Assembly (NCBI RefSeq): GCF_009914755.1
Contig: NC_060932.1
DNA: 64,000 bases
Direction: 5' to 3' (one strand)
Source of the DNA: the human T2T-CHM13v2.0 reference genome, Homo sapiens
The position numbers and the translations under genes are program-made. Below the pieces are notes generated by a model. It ran no database searches, was not told the origin of the DNA, and saw only the letters and a program-made list of their open reading frames with translations. Shown one piece after another: positions 55,344-64,000 of this stretch (positions within the stretch are counted from its first letter, which is position 1; each line of letters begins with the position of its first letter).

Positions 55344-56045
55344 CCCTCTAGTGATCTTCTCACTTAAAGTTCATACACGGACAGACCATGAGTTGGTTAA
55401 CCTGACATCCATTCCCAATTGCCTGCAGCTACTCTAGCAGCCAGGAGAGCAAAATGCTACCTTCATAATCTCCCAGGAGTGGCTATCTTATAAAGGAGTC
55501 ACTATCCCTGACATTGCTGAGTTGCTAAATTAACATCAGCACCTGTGTGCCTTCAGAATTCTTGTTAAAAGAGACAAATGAACTTCATTTTGTTGAAGCC
55601 ACAGTAAAATTTTTTTGATACTTGCTGTTGTCTCATTCCTTATTATATGACATGTATATTATGTAAGTTTTCTCTGATTAAAACTTTTCATATAACTTTT
55701 TAGTAAAGAGTGTTGCCCTTTGTTTCAGATATTTCGGGGTGGGCTGGGGAAAGCCATGGAGCCTGTACATGTTGATAATATCCCATGAAACTACTTGGAG
55801 GAATTAATGCACTGTTGCTTGCATGGATGGATACAGATGTAATAAAGCACTATCCAAAAATGAGGCTACTGACTCACTGTCAAATTTTTTCTGAGTAATT
55901 TTTTAAATAATTTCTTATGATTCATGCATTTTAATGCCATGTCCATTCTGGGAGTTTGGGTGTAGTCTATGGTCCTGGTACTACTGAAGTTATCAGATTC
56001 TTTAAGGTTGGTGGAAGACATTTGATATACGGAACATAGAGACCA

Positions 56046-56047
<2 letters not shown>

Positions 56048-56087
<40 letters not shown>

Positions 56088-56116
56088 CTTTAAGAGAGAG
56101 AGAGAGAGAGAGAGAG
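56048..56116. repeat. (GT)n and (GA)n microsatellites
   Basis: Direct reading. Confidence 0.97.
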
Positions 56117-57186
56117 GAGTGTTTTATGGGAAGGCTGGAGCAGAGATTCCAAGAAAAACTATTTTATTTATTACTGTTTCCTCTCAGTTAACATTTCTGG
56201 AACATTTAAAATAAGATAATATTATCATTTTAAAAATACCAATTGCATCTCTGTTATTCTTGGTTTACTGTAGGGTCAAAGCCCCAAATTTAATTACCCC
56301 AGGGAAAGAATGCTGGTGAAATTTCTGTCTCCATCCTCCCATATCCAGAAAGGAGAAGAAACATGTTGAAATTTGTCTACTCCTATGAGCTTCAAGGTTC
56401 TCTTTTCAAGCAGAAGTGTTGGGGATAAAGTTGGATGATTTGAACCTCTAGGAAGGGATAGTATCCATTGAATTTTACATTTTGCTAAGTGTGATGAAAA
56501 CAAAACAAAATAAAACAGGTGCTTTTCAAATGGAGGTCCTTAAAATCTGCAGAGATTTTTCCATTCAGCTTAATTGTAATATTTCTTTCTTGTGTCAAAT
56601 TTGGCAAGGGTCTAGAAATTTATTTCTCTCTTATTTGGGGTATTGTGAAGGGAACTGATTCAAAGGCCAAATAAGAATTAAGGTTTGAAAGTTAAAATTT
56701 ATTGGACATGTCTTCTAAAGCTATATTATTTCATGTCTTTTTCCCCATAAAGCCAAATAAATCTTTAGAACTCTTCACATTTCAAACACAATATTTTTCA
56801 TATCCATGAAGTGATTTTCTGAAGCTCTTGAGTATCCTTGTCCAATGCATATGGCTTTTATGCCTGCACAGTACTTAGCAGGAATGTTATTAGTTATGCT
56901 TCCTGAGAATTCTGAGGGTGAACTCATATTGTTAACTGGTTTGATACTTAAGAAAACTGGCTAAGGCTTATCAGAGGCCACTTCTGTGAACTCTTGGAGT
57001 TGTAACATGTGCCAAACGGCTGAATCATTCTGTACTTTGATATATTTTTAAAGGTTCTTTAAACATACCCTAGAATGAAACAGCTACTTAGTTATATTGC
57101 ATTTTCAAGATGTATCTTCTAATAATATCTCATAGATATCTTTTAGTTTAGCTACTTCCTATACATTCTAATTTAGTGTTGATATT

Positions 57187-57189
<3 letters not shown>

Positions 57190-57230
<41 letters not shown>
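57190..57230. repeat. Uninterrupted T41 homopolymer
   Basis: Direct reading. Confidence 0.97.
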
Positions 57231-57232
<2 letters not shown>

Positions 57233-58509
57233 ATAGAGCTCAGATTGGGAAACATGCCTGGAAAAGAAATCTCTGATAAACTCACATACAATACCCTTGC
57301 CAGAAACAATGCTTCAGTTCCAACGAGGTCTAGAAGAGAAATGCTAACATTGGCTTCTTTATCTAGAAAACTGGAAAATATTATATTTAATATATTAAAC
57401 ATTATGTTAAATTAGGGATTTTGATATGTTGATGATACCTGTGTAAGAGACTCACTGAATACAACCAACTTAGTTCCCCAAAGTTGGACAGGAGCAAGGC
57501 AGAGCGGGGACTGATGTGTTCTGGAGACTAGGGTGATAGAACAATTTCACTAAAAGCCAGTGGCTCTCGCTTCTGTTACCCTGAATAAAGACTCTACTTT
57601 GTTTCAGGACTATTTGGCTCAGAGGGATGGTTTTAGAATCAGGGATGACCAGAAAGAAGGTAAAGAGCTGCATTCTTAGGTGCCCAGTTTAACTCTTTTT
57701 CAGGTTTCTGGACTTGTGTTTTCCAGGAGTGGTGACAATGTTGAAATTATTTGTGTTCCCTCTGATTGGGCTCAAAACTTTCCAGACAAAACATTGGTAG
57801 AAAATACCAGAACCATATTTTTGAGGGGAAGAAAGTTGGCAGCTAATTTTAAGCACCCTCCTTATACTGATCTTCTATTCTATGGATTTATAAACTAATA
57901 CACAATTTCAAGATACATTTATTTCTATTTAATAGGTACCTAGCAGCTCATTAATGCTATATTTGTAAGGAAAATGACAAACATTTTTCTAATTATGTAC
58001 TTAATTTACAAAATGCAGAGTAATGTAGCAATCAAGTTGTTGATGTTATTATGCAAGTATGAGATAGGGGATTTTTAAAATGATATCCGATATTATGTTA
58101 CGTGGACATTTGTTAGGGGGATTTAGGGAGGAGGCAGTTTTGATAGAAAAAATGTGAGAGTACATAGCTTTCCATATCTGGATTTCTCTTCACACTAGGG
58201 GTGAATGGCTCATTTTGAGGAACTGGAATTTAGCTATCTATTTTTTGTTGTTGTTTGCTTTGTTTTGAAAGGCACTTATCCTTTATTTCTGAGCATAAGG
58301 ATAGGCATTTACCTCAATACAGATTGTTTCTTAAATCTTAGTTAATGCAGGGCCTGATAGGAAAGGTATGTTTTTATTGTTAGGTGACTCAATAACTAGA
58401 TTTTCCAGTGTTTCTTTTGAAGTTGAAGTATTTACTGGAACCCAGGGCAAAGTAGTACAGAGATGAAAGATAGCCAGTAAATGGTGAATTATTAAGGCTA
58501 TGTGAATAA

Positions 58510-58830
58510 GCAGTCTTCCAATACGGATGACTGGAGCTTAATTTCATGGGGAAACTTTGAGAAATGGTAGATACTTCTCAGAATAATTCTTCTGAAGAGG
58601 CAAGGAAGCTTGCATATTTATACACCAGCTTCCATCATTATTGGTTAAAGGTTGCTCCCAGGGAGTGTTACTTCCCTGGCACTTGTACTTCAGTAGTTCT
58701 GGCAAGAGTCCTCCGGCACAGAGAGGCAGCCCCTGGCCATTCAAAGTCATCTGGAGAAAGCAGATAGTGGGATTCAAGGGATATAGGTGGGGCAGTGGCT
58801 GTATATGTTACATCGGCAGGTGCTGTAACT
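58510..58830 (-). mobile_element. Old ERVL-type LTR fragment (LTR16/LTR33-like)
   Basis: tatttatacaccagcttccatcattattggttaaaggttgctccc motif. Confidence 0.5.
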
Positions 58831-59864
58831 GATGCGGTCCAAGAATCCACACACAGAAGGCATCCTTATGCACGGAAAAGTTTGAGAACCATTAATATGG
58901 GCTATTGATCAATAAATCATAAATTGTCAGAGAATTGTTTAATGGAATTCTCATTTTGTAGGTAAGGAAATTAAAGTCCAGAGAATTTTAATGATTGGCT
59001 TGATGTCACAGAACCACTTTTAGCTCAATAGTCTCATGATTTAATGAATTATTGATGCCCAATTTCATTATTATTAATTTGAGGGCTAGATATTTCAAAA
59101 AAATCAATACAAAGGCACATGGCTCCAGTGCCCTTCCCCTTCCTTTTCAGCACCATTTCTATTGACCCCTTAAAGCTACTCACCCACCCGTGAGGCATTC
59201 CTTTATACGTGCCAATATGTGAAAATCGTTTTCTTTTAGAAACTTTCTCTGCTCCCTACCTTTCAAACCTTGCTTAGGAAAAGATCTTTGAAGTTTATTG
59301 ATACTGAGGTATAAATGACTAAATTTGCTTTTTATTGAAGTGTTTTCTCAATAATAAAAAGTAAAATCTTAAGCTTCAATAATGAAGCTTTAACAGTTTC
59401 AGTTGAGAGGAAGTTAATTTAGGGTTGAAAGGGCCTGAGACTAATTTTAATTATTCATAAATATGGATTGTCACATCCTTTTGGAAAATACTGTTGATCT
59501 TGTAGCCATTAAAGTGCATTCTATAAGATGAAATTGATTTAGCATGGGGAACACTGGTGATCCTTAGAAGAGAAACTCAGTATTTAATAAATGTGAAAAT
59601 AATAAGAAACTACAATATAGTAATTATTAGAGTTTTATAATTTAGAAATACATAAGTGTAGTTTTCATCATATTGGATCACATAAAAAGATCTTAACTTC
59701 CTGCAGAAAAAGTCTATTTTTTGTTACAAACTAGTATAAATAGCACAGTTCAAAGAGAGTCAGAAAATACTATTCAAATAATTTTAAAACTTCAATATTT
59801 GACTTTTAACTACTGTAATGTTCCCCAAATCATGTTTTGTTTTTGACTATAATTAAATTGCATT

Positions 59865-60130
59865 TTGTTATATTCAGTATTGATAGCTGTCATTTTTTGA
59901 ACCCCTACTGTGTGTCAGATAAAAATGTTAGGGGATTTACATACTATATTTCTTTAGCTTTGCAATAACTTCGCATGATGGATATTTTTATCCTTATTTT
60001 ATGGAAATAAATGAATGTACATAATAAATTTTTATGACAAATTTGATGCCTAGCACTTCATAGACATTTAGAAACTATTTTTAAAATAAGCATGAGTGAA
60101 TGAGGACTTGTTCCAAGCCACGAAGCTTTA
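59865..60130 (-). mobile_element. MIR fragment with embedded L2-like piece
   Basis: atagctgtcattttttgaacccctactgtgtgtcaga...tatccttattttat...acttgttccaagccac. Confidence 0.6.
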
Positions 60131-60477
60131 GAGTGATAAATGGAGCCAGCCGGGTGCACTTTAGCCTTCAGAACTGTTCCAGCTGCCCATACACAGGGTT
60201 TGAGTGAATGGTTCTGACACCTACCGAACTGGCGTTAGCTTGGCCTGGAGGATGGTCAGCACAGTTGAAGCTGGGTGCACTGGGACCTGTTCACAGGTGA
60301 TTGCTGATAAGAAAACTCTCTTATCCTTTAATCCTTGACCTCATAGAGCCCACCTGATGCCCTGGAGTAACTCCCTCCTGAGAAATGGGTTTGTTGTCTC
60401 AGGCCCACTCAGTTCAATTTATCAGTTTATAACTCTGTCAAGGATCTCTAGCTCTTTCTTATTGCCCAGGGTCACAT

Positions 60478-60600
60478 ATCATTCATTTGTTCACTCATCA
60501 AACATTTATTAAGAACTACTGTGTGCTGGAAGCTTGGCCGAATGCTAGGAATTCAAAAACAAACAATTGAGTGAGATGGATTCTGAGTTAGGGGAATCCA
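60478..60600 (-). mobile_element. L2 3' end fragment
   Basis: attcatttgttcactcatcaaacatttattaagaactactgtgtgctgg. Confidence 0.75.
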
Positions 60601-61899
60601 CAAGTAACCCAATAGATGACCAGATGGACATCTTGAGTTCCTCCCAGGATTCTAAAAAGAAAAAATGCTTTTGCAAAGAATGTTTTTACGGACCAGAGAA
60701 CTAATCTAAAACACCAATGATGATTAAATAGAACATTCTATTCAGACATTAGATTTTAAACTTTTATAAAATTTAATATAAAATGACTGTGGGGTAAATA
60801 AGCAGGGAGCAAGGCACTTCCTGGGAATCCCTAGGCCAGCCAAGTATTCCTGAGCTATCCTCATCACTAATCTAAGAAGGATCCTGGAGCAGGCATACCC
60901 TGATACCATCCCAGAACAAAGCCTGAAAGGCAGGCAGTTGGTTTGACAGCTTTAGAAGACACCATGTTCAGCTGCCATAGCTCTCAGAGTGTGAGTGTAA
61001 GTGTAGCATGGCTTTGTTATGCAGTCTTATGGTTAATAGTAGGTAGGCATTTTTTTTGAAAGGTCTGTGCATGCTCTCTGACATGGTCTCAAAGTAAAAA
61101 CAATGCACAATGAAAACGAAGTTCTTCTGATCTGAATTCTGCCCTAAATCAAAGATTTCTTTTGTCACAAGAGATTCTATTTGGGATAAGCTAATGTAAC
61201 TAGATTTGTTCATAGACTTTTGAGGAAGGCATTTGTGTGTGTGTGCGCTAAGTTTCAGTCATAAAAGTTAGTCATGGTGTCATGAAATAGTTGAACTGTC
61301 TTTTAGAATTTTTTTCAGGATTCCAGATAGAATGTTTTTGCAAAGAACATTTTTTCCCTTCAAGGCTCATGTTAAAATAAAGGTCAGGAAATTCAGTCAA
61401 GTAAACAAGTTAGCCACAACTTTCATCCAAAAGGACACGCATCACAGGTGTCGCTCAGTGCCACTGGAGTTGGTTTAAACACATTGGTTATGGTTATACA
61501 TAGCACTTGAAGTCCAAACATTCACTCCAACTCCATCATCACTTACTTAGGTTGTCCCTGCAAATTCCTTTTGGACTCTTTCTTTGCCAAGTTCAAAAAG
61601 TAATGGGTTCTTAACTATAACAGAGAAAAATCAACTTCTCCATTTTAGAAAAAGGTAAAAAGTTTTCCCTTCCTTCCTTCCTTTTTTTACCCCAAAAAGA
61701 AGCTTCTAAAATGCAAATAAATTTGTAAATAAATACATTTCAGTTACTGTAACAATGAAAGCAATACACTAGTTTATCTAAGTGAAATTTTTATACATTT
61801 TGCTTTTACTAATAAGTTGTAGTATAAGAAAATAATGTCTTATTTTTATTTTATTTTATCATTTTTATAAATCCACAGAAAATAAAAAAGATAATTGGG

Positions 61900-62390
61900 A
61901 AATTAATATATCTATTATGATTTTTAAGTAAACCTTCCACTGAAATATGATATACCATGTTAAAAAAGCATGTTCCTTATAAGTGTACAGCTTGATGATT
62001 TTTTTCACAAACTGAATATACTTGTGTAATCAGCACTCAAATCAGGAACTAGATTATCACCAGAGCATTATCGCAGAAACCCATCTCTTTTTCTCTAATA
62101 CTCAATGGCATTTTGTACCCCTAAGGGTAGCCACTATCCTAACTAATAACACCATTAAACTTTTGCCTGTTTGACTTTTGTACCTTATATAAATGGAGTT
62201 ATGCATTATTTATTCTTTTGTGTCTGGATAATGAATTGTGCAGGTGGGAATATGGTTATGCGTGTCTTTTGGTGAACACATGCATGCATTTCTTTGAGGT
62301 ATAAACTGAACAGAGGAACTGGTGGGTTATAAGGATGTGTGTGTTCAGTTATCATAGGTAATGTCAAATTGTTTACAAAGCGGCTCTACA
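61900..62390 (-). mobile_element. L1ME-type 3' fragment
   Basis: aagtgtacagcttgatga...ttttgcctgtt...atataaatggagttatgca...ttttgtgtctgg. Confidence 0.75.
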
Positions 62391-63014
62391 TGCTTTCTTT
62401 CTATGCTCACTTATACTAAACTATACTGCTTTTCTCAATCTCATTTGTCATTAGGGAGATTTCTTTAAACTGAAAAGGTTATCTGAAAAGCACTCTGTTG
62501 CATATATTTAAAGATCATTTTTGCTAATATGGTTATTTTCAGTGGAATGTTTTTGTGTCCTAAATCTTAACTTGTAAAAACCTATGCTCCTAATAGTACA
62601 AACAATTCCATCTAAAAGTCAGACCGTAAGTTCAGCAATAAAAGATGAATCACCATGAGACAAAGCTGTACACACTTGGAAACATAGTGTATATACTAAT
62701 CTTTCATAACCAAACTATTCCTGTTACAAAATGATACTAGATTGCTTTCCAGGAAAGTCAAGTGAAAACATTACTAAGTCTTTTCTTCAAGATATATCAG
62801 AGTTTTTATTTGCAAGCAACTTGAAGGCAACTCTGGTTAATTTATCAGAAAAGAAATGTGATAAATAATTTTGGAAACCCACTGAATCTCTTGGGGGGCC
62901 AGAGAACCAGGCTTGGAGATATCTCAGTCTTGCAAGATGCCTTAAAATATGTTTTGAACTGGTCCTCTATAGACCAATTGCTACTTCCACGGGTTACAGA
63001 TCCCATAGCCTGCC

Positions 63015-63884
<870 letters not shown>

Positions 63885-64000
63885 AATCACCACCCAGACA
63901 TGGGATACAGCTACTGGAACTGTTGGCACCACTGCCTTTGGGAACTGGATGTATCTGCAAGCAACATTACCCAAATGCATTCTGGATAATCCCCATTTCT

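Noticed and set aside
61440-61460. CTCF-like caggtgtcgct
   Set aside because: The 5' half of the motif mismatches; not supportable without ChIP data

Overview
Primate (human-like) genomic DNA, AT-rich and dominated by interspersed repeats. No intact protein-coding gene, RNA gene, CRISPR array or prokaryotic system is supported, and the ORF track is mostly L1/Alu/MaLR-derived or chance ORFs. The only recognisable cellular-gene sequence is an old full-length processed RPS20 pseudogene (38978-39470). The main structure is a ~34 kb nest of retroelements (about 11040-44886), reconstructed from junctions and target-site duplications (TSDs). An old L1MC/MD (+) contains a full-length L1MA4-like element (-), which contains an internally deleted L1PA15/16-like element (-). 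That element in turn holds a twin-primed L1PA6/7, a full-length L1MA1-3, an MSTA and a MER41B carrying two Alus. Two of the nested L1s appear to carry ancient 3' transductions. Other features are a second twin-primed L1, a complete THE1A provirus, a local templated insertion, an old ~100 bp duplication overlapping a candidate minus-strand exon near a 24-nt micro-exon, and a recursive-splice-like motif. Subfamily names come from recalled consensus features, not from a RepeatMasker run, and boundaries without TSDs are approximate.
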